Positions 52,227 to 64,000 of a stretch of 64,000 bases of DNA are shown one piece after another. Both the position numbers and the translations under genes were made by a program. Every line of letters starts with the position of its first letter. The first letter of the stretch is position 1. This DNA comes from Tubulanus polymorphus (taxonomy: Eukaryota > Animalia > Nemertea), in contig NC_134035.1 in assembly GCF_964204645.1 (NCBI RefSeq), positions 10,820,451 to 10,884,450 of the forward strand. The letters are read 5' to 3'. Below the pieces are notes generated by a model that was given only the letters and a program-made list of their open reading frames with translations, was not told the origin of the DNA and did no database searches.

Positions 52227-53937
52227 ATTATGGCCATATATGAACCACAGACCACCGATTATCCAGTTATCGATTACGCAATGAAGGCTCGATGAAGAAA
52301 ATTCCAGAGACATCTTTCATCTTTTGAAACACGTCGCAAGGCAGAGGTAATACGTGAATAATTTCCTGATGATAGATTTTCATCATCATAAATGTTACAT
52401 GTGACGATAACCTAACGGTAATTTAGTGCTCCGGTCCAACCTCGGTATGTTCTGGCTAACGCAACAGGTCGGATAACTGAATGTTAAATGGTACGGATAG
52501 ATTTTCAATACTTTACTCCACGTAAGACTCTTTGAAGTCATATCATCGGGAAAGACGTCTGGATGAAAAAGTATAGTAGGATAATTTGTATGTTTAGTGG
52601 TGACGGTCGTTATTGTCTTCGTCCGGTTCCACGACCGGATCGGTTCGGCTCGTCCTTTGCCTCCCGGGTCGGCCATACCCAACATTTTATGTTTTATAAA
52701 AGGTCCGAATAAAAAAAGTAAACCAAAGTTATTCAAGCTATCACTATCAACACTTGGAGCTATTCACGATTATTTCTATAAGTCCACTCGCGCGTATCCA
52801 AGCTCATCCGGGAATCATCATAAATGCGAACCTGTCTAACTGACGACGGTCCAAATAAGTCCTCTGATTACTGTACTCTCGGTCATCCCTTCTTTTTGGA
52901 TGTTCAGCCCATTCTATTCGGGGAACCAATCATCAACATCCAGGTTGTCCTACCTTGCATTTAGGGATCATGACAAAGTCCATGTAGGCTGTTGCCCCAT
53001 CAACCTGAACTCTCAGGCTAGACAGCGGCTCCAAAGCCATCGGTGCCATATCGAACATAGATTATGGAAGTCTGTCATAGCTTACTATCTCGCTTCGAAG
53101 GGTTTCTTTCAAGAAAGTTTGGGTTGAACCAATTTCCGACGACGCCTACAAAATTCGAAAGATGGAGCTGGAATTTGAAGCAGAACAACACGAACGGAAT
53201 CGCAAACGGGAGCAACATGAAATACAACTTAGCGAGAAGGAAATTCGTCACTAGATGTCATTCGGATGTTCTACGCTTTGATGCCACATGAAATATCCGC
53301 CTGGTTCCGAAGTTCCTGGATTATAACGCAGATAAGTAATTTTCACATTTTCAAAAAATATTTTGCTTGAAGTGGACTTTGTTTCTTCAGGCCATTTTGA
53401 GTGGAAGGCTCAAGTTTAGTCGTCGCTTACATCTGAACAACCTTACGATTTTGATAAGTATCCGCCTTCGTTATTGCTGTTAATTGCAATGTCTTTTTAT
53501 TGCTTTAGATATTCGAAATATACAATATGTCCTTATCTAATAGAAGATTTATACCTGAAATTAGTGAAAATGAATGATAACAATGGTGATGATAGATATG
53601 ATATGATATATTTTAAAAACAGGAAAGCCTGTCTATCATACGACCTCGATTATACTGCGCTTACTGTAGATTAACATGTGTACACATTCAAAGCGCGCAG
53701 AAGTTTCATTCCCATCACTGTTAGTTGTTTTCTTTTTTTTTTAATCAAAAAACACACCGGATGCACGAAAATCGTTTGGTACCACGTGATAAATTGATAC
53801 GGTGATAGCGCAAAAAGTGATTGTCGTGTCATTATCACTGGTTCAATGTAAATACTATAGTAGTGTGACTATACCGGTTGTGTCGACAAATCGAGACAGT
53901 TTCCGTCCATTTATCTTCATCAGGTTATTATATAACA

Positions 53938-53996
53938 TATAAATAGTTACACCCGGTAAACACCTATAGTATCAGTTACACGGAATAGAACCAAAG
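53938..53996 (+). promoter_or_regulatory. TATA box, initiator and non-coding first exon of paralog B
   Basis: TATAAATA at ~53938, TCAGTT initiator at ~53972, donor AAAG|GTAAGT at 53996/97; acceptor 1 nt before the ATG at 54533. Confidence 0.65.
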
Positions 53997-54532
53997 GTAA
54001 GTCTAGTTCGCGCTAATTAAGATTCAGCTAATTAATGCATTTATTTAAATGGTTACGCAAATCGATTTGATAAATCAAGCAAATCGTTCTCGCAGCAATT
54101 TGCTTGATTTATCAAACTGGTTTTGAGTAGTAGGAAGCGTCCTGGAGGCATACTTATTTTCAAAAAGTTCCCGAGGGTCATTTCGAGTTCGTAATTCGAA
54201 ATAAACTATTTTTCTCAGTTAAAAGTGTTTTCGAGGTAAATGCCAAGTTAGTTACTCATAATAACCTAGTTTTCTCAGTTCAAAGTGATTTCTGGAGGTT
54301 TATTCCGAGTTCGTAGCTTTTGAGTTTATTTCTAATAGAAATGTCCCCAATGACGTTTCCGTTCAGATATTCTTTGTTTCTTCATCACTCATGGTCATAT
54401 GATTAATAGATTGTAGAAAAAACATTTCGGTCAATCAATATGTATTAATATTATCAAATTCAAAATCGAGGGTTAAACTACTGTTGTAATAAAAGGATCT
54501 GTTACTCTGATATATACACATTTCTTTTTAGC

Positions 54533-56118
54533 ATGAAACTGCTGGTAGTTTTAGTGGCCGTGTTGGCCGTATCACAGGCGAGTAAGTGTCATCGCTGAGC
54601 CATCGGGTTCGAATACCCAAATACGGACTCTCAGTCCACCGGCTAAAGAAATGGCCTGGTCGGTTTTCAGAATTACTTTTTTCAGACACTGAAAAGGTCG
54701 GTTTTCAGATACTTTTTGAATTTTATTCCGTAGAACCGTCATTCGACGATCACGTCGACCGACTTTTGACGGCATTCAAGAATGATATGCGCACCAAGAG
54801 GGGAATCATCGACTCGGAGACGCTCAACAGAATCGTCGGAAGCATCAAATCTACACTCGAAGATGTAAAAGACAAAATCGAGACCGGAGTCGACAAGGTG
54901 AGTTAGAAAAAACATATTGCTAACCAAATATAAGGTTAGGTGTTTAACTAGTTACATTCGTAAAATATCCAGCCTTCGTACATCGTAATGGTGTGGAATA
55001 GCAATTCTTATCATTCTAAATTTTCTAAACGTAGAGCAGGGACTATCTTGAAGCGAAATACAGTGAATTGAAGGCGTACGTCGACAGTTTAGAACTCGAC
55101 GATAAGTACAGTGAAGTAGTCGGCAAGGTGAAAACAGTACTCTCACAGTTAGAGGATCAAATCGGTAAATGATGTTCAGTATCTATTTACTGAAAACAAA
55201 ATGAATCAGATCTTTACTAATGATATATGTTATAGATATTATGATATAGTGGGTTTGTAAGATCGAAACAAATCAAACCAATTCAATAGATACCGGGGTC
55301 AATCCCTATTTTAAGATCAAAAAATATTCGTTAGTCAAATTTAACAATGGCACTTTTTTAACAAATAAGAAATGGTTTTTTCCGAAATATGTACATGTAT
55401 TATGTACTAATACATTTTCAGCGGCCAGTATTGCCAAGCGTCATTTGGAAGAGGCCTTCGAGAACTTGGATGACAAAGTCGTCAAACGAGCGTTGATCGA
55501 TTTACATAGACGTGACTTCAAAGAAAAAATGAAGGTCGTCTGGGGAAAGGTGAAAAATCAGTTCGGCGACCTTGGCGAATGGCTTAAGGAGCAACTGAAA
55601 GACAGCTGGGAGAAAGTGAAACCAGAGATTGAGCAGATCAAAGAAATGGCCGAGAAGGTTAGAAAAAAATATTGCCTTTTTTTACAGAAAAGTAGTTTAA
55701 TAATCTATAAAGCCAGTTTTATAACCCAAAGGCAAAATTCATTGCTTAATTCTAAAACTAGTCTAAGACCATCATAGTAGTTCAATGCAATTCAAAAACT
55801 TCTTAAAACCGCATTTTTTAAGATCACGTGACGACTGTGCAACTGATTCCAGTTCTTGAGAAGTGGTAACTTTTCGAAGCGCTGATAGTTTGAGTTTGAA
55901 AATATTTATGGATCTATTCCTTTTTCGAACAATAACAGGTTCTCAGCAATGCGGTCACTGATATTTCCGACAAGGTAATGGAGCAGGCCACTAAACTCTT
56001 CAACAAGTACAAGGACGAATTGGGGCCGATGATTTGGGCCAAGATTGAACAGAAGTTCAAGGATGTCACTGGTAAAGACGCCAAGGAAGTCGTCGATCAA
56101 AAGCAAGGCCAAGAATAG
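54533..56118 (+). CDS. Secreted cysteine-free amphipathic alpha-helical precursor (apolipoprotein-like), paralog B, ~252 aa
   Basis: Coding exons 54533-54581 (MKLLVVLVAVLAVSQA), 54734-54897, 55035-55164, 55422-55657, 55939-56118; in phase (759 nt). Same exon phases as paralog A except that one intron is absent. AATAAA near 56160. Confidence 0.88.
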
Positions 56119-58350
56119 ATGCGCATATACTCTGTTAATTAACAAGATCAGCTTCTGAAAATAAAACATTCTCATCATAATAGTCTTTCTCGATTTATTA
56201 TGTGTATAAATGCAAATTGTATCAACCATCCTCTGTATAAGGCGCCCATCAGAGCCACTTACCTAAATGGCAAATGGATAATGAATGTCACTTTCGTAAA
56301 CCAGTTAAATATGGCAATAAATGCCGTATAAGCAGATTTCGATCCATCGGAATAAATGATTACAATAAGAAGATATTTTCAGCAGGAATTTATTTCCCTA
56401 AGTACGTCAAAACGTTTGGACTTAAAATATCGGCAATGTAATAATTCAAATATTGAATAATTATCGTTATCATATTATGTTTTAACAGCAAATAATAAAA
56501 TAATCAATTCTGCTAATTATCAAATCAGTAACGGACATTGAACGGTAACGTTTTCGTTTAAACAACACAACGTATTTGCCTATCGAAATAGTATATACAT
56601 GACTGCGCACAGACAGTTACGATAAAAATTAGAATTCTTAACAAATTAACAATTATTTCAACTTCGTAGCTTGTTTACTACCCGTAGCACACGTTTTCAA
56701 ACTTCAATAATTCATCACTGGGGACAGTAAATGTTTTAGTCTTCGAATGAGAATGAATTTACTTATAAATCGAAACAATACACGAGCTAACATTACGTAA
56801 CCGACTTCGACAAAACACGTATTCGAAACATATATCGAAAGAAAGAAATTGAGTTTATCAACATATATACAATATAGCTTTTTACAATCCTAGCTATTTA
56901 CAATTAGATGAGTTAAATATTGTTCTAATGCCTGTATTAACTATACCTGGAATAGAACTGACCTTGAAAATGACAATTTACCCACTGAAATGTACAATTT
57001 ATTTACATTATCATAACACCGCACATAAGATTATTTATTCGTATAAGGGACGTATGATTATATAGCACTTAATTGTAGTTGCATATTCTACGATAAAACC
57101 TGTTTGTTAAAACGTATTAGACAAGTATCGTGTTTTGAAACATTATTTTTATTAGTATCAATTTGAAAAAGAAACCCTACATCGTACAACAACCAGTATG
57201 TAAATCGTATAAGCATGTTTCGTGTGTCTAGTATATGGATGGTGACTATTCGGAAAAAATGTTTTAAGCATATTATGTTATGTTATAGTGCGATCGCTAC
57301 ATTTACTTGGACTAGATAGTGAAAAATCGAGTAGTAATATCTCTATTTAAAGAAGTTTAAAACGTCGAAGCATTCTAGAAGAGTAGGAGAATGTATATTT
57401 CGCATTTGTATCTATTTATATATCCGATATTAATGGTAAAAAAACGTATCGAATCGCATGAGATTATTCGAGTCAAACAAACTTAAATTATTAGTTTGTA
57501 TGATAGCATCCACGTATAACGATTTTATTGAATTGGCGGAAAACCCTTGATAATATTGTTTCAAAATTGTCATTTGTAAAATGAACAGTCTGGTCAACAT
57601 ATGTAATGACCTCGAAAGACAAATCAATATTGGCCTGGCTACACAACTGCACTTCTTGGCATCGTTTTCCAAAACGACTGTACGATTGAAGTATTGCCGT
57701 GATTTTTCGTAGTCTACCAGTCGTTTCTCCCAAACATGTTTCGCCAAAATTCTGTTAATCTATTGACATAACGGTGTGCGTCGTCACTTCTTTCCTTGTT
57801 TCTTCGCTCTCTTAATGCTCTAGAAAATAGAAGTTTTAGATTCATCATAATCGATAACACATGTTTCCGACCAGTTCTATAATGTTTTCATTTCGACGTT
57901 TATTGTGCAGGGTATGATCTGCGTGAGTTCTTTTGCCTGACGGCTAATTATTTTCGGGGATGGGGTGATTTCGGAAGATAATCGTTAGATCTAAAGCTTG
58001 GAACACCATGCAGGCGGTCTAGGAGGCAACGTTTCGATGAAGCGTTGTGCGGATGCGGAACCACGACACATGGATGCATTTATTTTCGTCGAAAGTCGAA
58101 GGTCACCGAGAAATGGAGCCTCCTTGAAATGGATGCCCTCCACAAATAAGATTTTCAAAATGGGGTCGCAGCGATATAAAACGAACCGTTTAAATGGCAG
58201 TTTCGGATCCAGCGGTGGGTTCTTGGGTTCGAGCCCACCCCAGGAAATCGAGGCCCGTCCGAAAATCGCCGATTAAATACAGACGGGTTGATTGAAATAT
58301 TTGCCGAGAGATTTGACTCAAAATGACCTCAGATTGAATGAAAATGCGTC

Positions 58351-61300
58351 TTAATTTTCATAGCCCTCATTTTGACGTCGCACCTACAGCAAATACTATT
58401 TTAAAGCTTTTTAATTATATATGTATATCTGCCCCAGAATGAGAGAGCCGTTTGCGGAATCGTACCTTTCTGGTCACGTGAAGAAAATCCGTCGTCGAGA
58501 ATCTCCTCGATTTAAGGATCTTTTCCTCGTGTTGAGTTTCCTGTTCTTGTTCGCTGTCGTCGATGTCTACGTCGGGCGGCGCGTCGCTGTCGTCGCTGAT
58601 CAGACCGGTCAAATCGATGACGCTGTCCGCCTGCGAATCCAACCTGCTGTCGAATCACGTGAAGAAAAACGTGAAATTTTCGGTATACATAAACACGAAC
58701 TAGCGACTATCGTTTCCCATCCCCCTCTGCAGGGACTCGAACCTGATGGCATCGCTACACTCAGCCACGGCACGAACCCCTGCATCAGTAGACCGGGTGC
58801 GCAGGTACATGCGCAGCTTTCCGAACGAAAACTGGCGGCACTAATCAGATTGCTCGTTGTATAAACGTTGAGGCAAATTTCAAGGAAGAACTATAAATGG
58901 GAAAACCCGGGCTAAAATAAAACGGGATATCTGATTGGCTAAAAATCACATCATCTGAACTGCGCATGTATCTGCGCACACGGTCGATTATGGCAGGGTT
59001 TCGTGCCGTGGCAATCTCGATGCCATCAGGTTCGAATCCCTGCCGGGGGAGGATGATCGTTTCCTAACTAACCTTCGATCCTGTAGCGGGCTACCGCTTT
59101 CTGCGCTACCAGAACCGCAGCTGATTTCGATGCTGTCTGTACCGGATATTGTTGAGATCTTTCGATGTATGCCCGTTTCGTCGTGGCATTTTCCGTTCAT
59201 TGTCACCTAAAACATTAATAGAGAGCGATGTATCTCGATATGAGCTTTGCAGAATAAATAGCTCCGTAAAAACGCTAACCCCGAGACTAAGAAAGATAAT
59301 GATGCTAATGAATAGAATATTATATATATAGTATGTGACCTGAAAGACGGGTTTCAGTGTAGATCATATATTTTGAGTTTTTATTGTGTTTGAAAGTAAT
59401 ATAGTGACACACAGCCTTTTTCACTATTAGGTAATTAGTGTCCAGTTAGCAGGCGCCATTTTGTGGCGGTCCGACTTCTTTATTGTTGGACGGATTTCAA
59501 CATTTTCACGCTGTCTAAAACATTCAGCGCAATTCATTGTAGCCCATCTTCGGTGAAAAGTTATAAATTGTATCCAAACCATAAAATTAGTTACAGCCAA
59601 TGACGCAAAATTACCGATATTCCGAGGTGCCTTCCCAAAAGTGACGTATTTTCTTTAAACTACCCGCGTACGACTGTTGCAGGTGGCTGAGAAAAATTAG
59701 ATAAACACCATCGCAAAATAGAAATTGTCACCTTTTTAACTGTACATAACTTTAATATGTATGTCAAAAGGGAGATGGGACGACAATACATCGCACTAGA
59801 GGTTTTACTGTAAAAAATGTTAAAACCTGCTCAACAATGCTAGACGCGTGGAACGGCCTCAAAATGGCGGTTGGTAATTGGTAACTTCCCTATTTACAAT
59901 GGAGCTGGTTCTATAGATGTTAACGTTAACCTGGGTCCAGTTCCACAGTCGTGAGTTAGAATTAACTCTGAGTCAAAATCAATTCATTTTCAATGAGTTA
60001 ACTCAGAGTCATATCTAAACTCACTCTGGAACTTGATGCTGGGGGCTAAGTCGATTCAATTTCAAATTAGTTAGCTCTCTCGGGTTAAAGTTAACACTTG
60101 GTCAATAAAACTTGCCCCTGGCTACGTCCTTGCGTGTCAAGTATTAACTAACACAGAATTGTTGATCTGGGAGGTCCTTGTGCGTATTCGAAGCGATGAA
60201 AGCTCACCTGTTTAAGTTGCATAGCGTCTTCTTCGGCTTCGTCGTATTCGTCTTCGTCTTTCTCGTCGAGAACGGCTAAATCTTCCGGATCTGGTTCGTC
60301 TTTGTTGGTGATGTGCGGATCGTTACCGATCACTCCAATCAGAGCTAACGACGCCATCGTCGACATAGCGTTCACTGGAAGACTTGACTTACGGCGTCGA
60401 GACTCTAGATAATAAACATAATCATTTATACGATTTCGATAAAGCCACTACTGAATATTTGTCCGTTGTTTTATCACTTTACACTGGACTACTGCAATAG
60501 TTTTTGAACATTTTTAATAATGAACATTTAGATACTTCTGATTTGAAGACCTTTTCTTCAAATTTATATCAAAATTAGTGTATGATTTTCGTACATACCC
60601 GTGAATACGAATGCACAGGCGTTGATTTCCCGTTCCTCGGCGCCATGTTTTCTACACAACCCTTTCAATGACTTTATTTGTCTCTGTATAAAAAAAAGTA
60701 TGACCGAATATTTTCTCAAAATACGTGAAAAGATTCGATTCAAATGAACGCTGCGGTTTATACCCCGGCCTCAAATACGAACACATCTAAAAGTCGCATT
60801 TCATTGAAACCTATTAGTTCCAGGTCAAGGAAAGCCAACGTTTTAAGATATCGGACACTCGATGGTCTGCCGCGTTGTTCGACTTCGACGACCAATGTCG
60901 ATCAATTTTGCGAACAGCAAATGTAAATAAATCAATTATCAAACGGTAATAGAACTGTCGTTTGTATGGAAGTCTTATTACCGGGCACGGAAATGACAGC
61001 TAAACGCCGAATAAAAGACTTTGATTGATATGCGCCCGGACTCGAAGAGAGTAATTATACAAAATACAGATTTGAAGCACGACGTTATTTTCGGGCTAAA
61101 ATTGACGCGGAGTATCAACTCGGGTTGTCTGCGACTGTTTAATTCACGTTTTCGATGACCCCTTCAAACTGAATACGAGAAGATTATAAGAAATTACCCC
61201 CGAGAAATTAAGTTTCCCGGAGAACTTAATACGAACGGCGCGACGGGGGACGATCAGTTAAACAGCAGTGATAGACCTACTCTCGCGTACCCACGCACTG

Positions 61301-62451
61301 CTCCAGTCTACTTCAAGGATTTCAGTGAATGATAATAACACGCTTTTGCTGATGTTTCTTCAAAAATGTTACTCACGACTGAATATGTAATAGTAGAATG
61401 GGAAAGATGTTTAACATATCGATGCAAACTATTCCACCTTTTAGACTAGTGTTATGATCAAGTTTCAGTTTCGTGAGTTGACGCCAAGTCGGAATAAGTT
61501 CATTTTCAAATTCAATCAGATTGAAACCACATGGTACTGGGAGGGCATCAGAGGCCAACCGTCTGGTTTTCGCTTATTCTTACCCTGAGTCTTTCTATGT
61601 GTTTCTTGTAGAGTTTAACTTTTTTCTGGGCTTTCCGCCTTGCATGTTTTTGTAGTTGCATACGTATATGATGCCTTTGTTTCATCGTCATGACAAAGCC
61701 TTATTAAAAAAAAGGAAAATGTAAATACTAAAATAGATATCTATTGAATTTATATCGTTAAGACGTCGCATTGTTACATTTTACAAGAGAAAAAGTAACA
61801 AAATGATGGGGGTTTCGTTAAACACAAATGAGACTTGAGAGAGTGTCATTCAGACTCATCAATCGTACGCACTCATTTCAGACGAAAGTAGTTTGAAGAA
61901 TACGAACAAAAAATTGAGAAAAAAATCATAGAATTACAAAAATATCCTAACGCAATAAGCCCATAGATACTACATATAACTAACTAACGATTATTCAATA
62001 GCTTCGTTCGGTTATCTTATAGTGTATAGAATGGTTGATAATAATTACAGTTACGATAAAAGTTTATTGCATCACAAAGAAATCACCACAAAAATACGGA
62101 AGAGCACCGCGGCCAGATGATTTTTTTTTCTGAGTCGAAATTTCGAATTCGAAAAATAATCAGATGGCCGCAACGCGCTTCCGTACAAAAATACAACCAA
62201 TTCATAAGTTTTATTTCATTTACTAGAAGGTATTACAGAAATTCGAACATAGTTTGAAGAAGAATTACGGAATGATAGATATACAGGTAATGTTGTTTGT
62301 CTCTCTACGTACAGTTGACGATCCTAATGACCCTCCAAGGCAGCAGAATAACCAGAAACAACGCGGCATCCTTTTCAGTCGTCGCCCAGACGCCTTCCAA
62401 CAGTACCAGATCCAACAAGAACGACGATACAACAACGAACGTGTCAAAAAT
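58351..62451 (-). CDS. Voltage-gated proton channel, Hv3-type (3' part: S3-S4, coiled coil, long acidic C-terminal tail); S1-S2 exons not found in window
   Basis: Minus-strand exons in phase: 62451-62313 (IFDTFVVVSSFLLDLVLLEGVWATTEKDAALFLVILLPWRVIRIVN), 61699-61584 (FVMTMKQRHHIRMQLQKHARRKAQKKVKLYKKHIERLR), 60683-60599, 60404-60208, 59206-59073, 58643-58466, and probable last exon 58383-58351 (VRRQNEGYEN*). S3 FD..VV..SF.LD and S4 WRxxR match Hv channels. Confidence 0.85.
58718..59055. mobile_element. MITE, CATC...GATG termini, ~100-bp TIRs, 9-bp TSD (family 1b), in Hv intron
   Basis: Perfect TSD ATCGTTTCC at 58709-17 and 59056-64; long imperfect TIRs; related copy at 16261-16569. Confidence 0.9.
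59427..59892. mobile_element. TIR element (family 3); partial copies at ~29745 and ~43071
   Basis: CAGTTA.CAGGCGCCATTTTG.GGCGGTCC at left; GGCCTCAAAATGGCGGTTGGTAATTGGTAACTTCCCTA at right. Confidence 0.6.
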
Positions 62452-64000
62452 CTGCAACGAATATGAAAGTGGATGACAACAGTTTTCACCAACTAAAGTT
62501 TGATGTGAAACATAGAAATTTTGGTTGTCTCGCTGGGAAATTAAATAATCGTCTTTTTCGATTTTGCCGTTCAACTATACCGAACATTATACGGTTCTAT
62601 TACAAATAGCACTCTGCATGATATACTATAGGAACATTTTGAACATTACATGAATGTTTGAACCGATGAATTTATTTCGCTTTTCAAATCACATTATATG
62701 ATAATCATATGATAAAGAAATACAATAGACTCGGCATAAAATACAGTATTGTAAGGTACAGTACGACGAGCCGTTACGGTTTCTCGGTTAGGGAATGACG
62801 TCACAATTTTACCCGATTAGGCGGATTGCCTTAGAGCGCGGTACATGATGGACTAGGCGAATATTTTTGTATTAAAAAGCAGTAGCAAACGGAAATCTAA
62901 TTTTGTTTTACCGAAATGAACCGAATACCAGATAGAACAGCACCAGATAGACCGGACTCTGTACAATATTATAGACTCGGGGAAGTCGAAAAATGACTTT
63001 TGCCGATACACCGCTAATGTTGATCGTAAATATGCTTTTATTCTCGATGTTATGATGCTTCTAAAGTGCAGGGTAACCCGATATAGCCGCGTATCGTGTT
63101 ACCAATACACAACGAACCACTCTGAAGTAGTGCTCGACCACGAAAATATTAGCTCACACAAACATCATAGAATAAACGATTATCGTATTACGCCATAAGG
63201 TGAACGGGAAGGAACGGCGACATTCAACAAGTCAGAAGATTGTCGGCAAATTCAATTAAACAAACACGATTGCGACGTTCAAGTGGAATAACTAGTCGGG
63301 ATAAAGAGTACTTGTCTGCCACCGGCAAAATATGAAGCAGTCGAAGATTGATTTAAAAAACGATCGAACGAATCGCTTTCGAAAAGAAAAGCTCAGCGAG
63401 TATTCCTCGACTGTCCGTGGCTATATGCGAGTCGACCATGGACTCTTCGTTTTAGATTCCGCGATGCGACTGAACGTGAACGTGAGTGGACATAATTCCG
63501 GCGTTATCAAACACGGCCGGACGAGAGCAAATATCGACGAGAGGGAGAGACGTTAATGACAGCGCGTTCCCTCAGTCTCCCGGGCAGACGATACAATAGC
63601 AACAGAAGATGAAAGTAATCGATATCGGTCAAACATTGTAGATTGGATATTTTCTTATCGATTTTCTGAAATTATTTCCTGAAATAACCAGCCCTTGAGT
63701 ATGATTAGGATTATTTTGGATGAAAACACTTAGACGAGGAATGCAAGAAGTGACACTCATATCTATATACTGTCTTTGGCACTTTTCGATTGTACTCTTC
63801 TTGACGAGGAATTCGCTTAACTTAGCTTGCCACGTTTGGAAGTTTCTAAACGTTACGCGAAAATGACGTAATAGTACTACTACTGACGATAATATTCACA
63901 ACGAAATGTGATCATTAACAGATATTTACCCCCTGGACCCTATAACACTGTATCACTCTGCCCAGAGAAAAAAATGTATGTGGGTATTCCACGAAGCGCT

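Noticed and set aside
58421-58864. 147-aa plus-strand ORF with a hydrophobic stretch
   Set aside because: Antisense to an Hv exon and runs into a MITE.
62313-62451. TMEM266, VSP or Nav/Cav voltage-sensor assignment
   Set aside because: S4 has the Hv-specific Trp and is followed directly by a coiled coil, with no pore or phosphatase domain; LPWR fits the Hv3 type better.

Overview
Intron-rich animal (invertebrate, probably lophotrochozoan) genomic DNA; most short ORFs in the track are noise. Spliced genes reconstructed by hand from GT-AG boundaries and reading phase: (1) a nicotinic acetylcholine receptor alpha-type subunit (+, 10465-23502) with a long N-terminal extension and a frameshift in one conserved exon; (2) two paralogous secreted, cysteine-free, amphipathic-helix (apolipoprotein-like) precursor genes with conserved basic processing sites (+, 25971-28432 and 54533-56118); (3) between them, a tandem pair of GT32-family DxD glycosyltransferases with single coding exons (35089-36249, 48279-49457), from a ~13 kb duplication whose probable first introns were later filled with different transposons; (4) the 3' half of a voltage-gated proton channel with the LPWRxxR S4 motif of the Hv3 type (-, 62451-58351). 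Mobile DNA includes a Penelope-like RT relic, an intron-containing KDZ/Zisupton-type transposase relic, a CR1/L2-type LINE fragment and several MITE families with 9-bp TSDs, one carrying tRNA B-boxes in its termini. There are also at least six ~100-300 bp palindromic elements carrying minimal hammerhead ribozyme cores, plus micro- and minisatellites.
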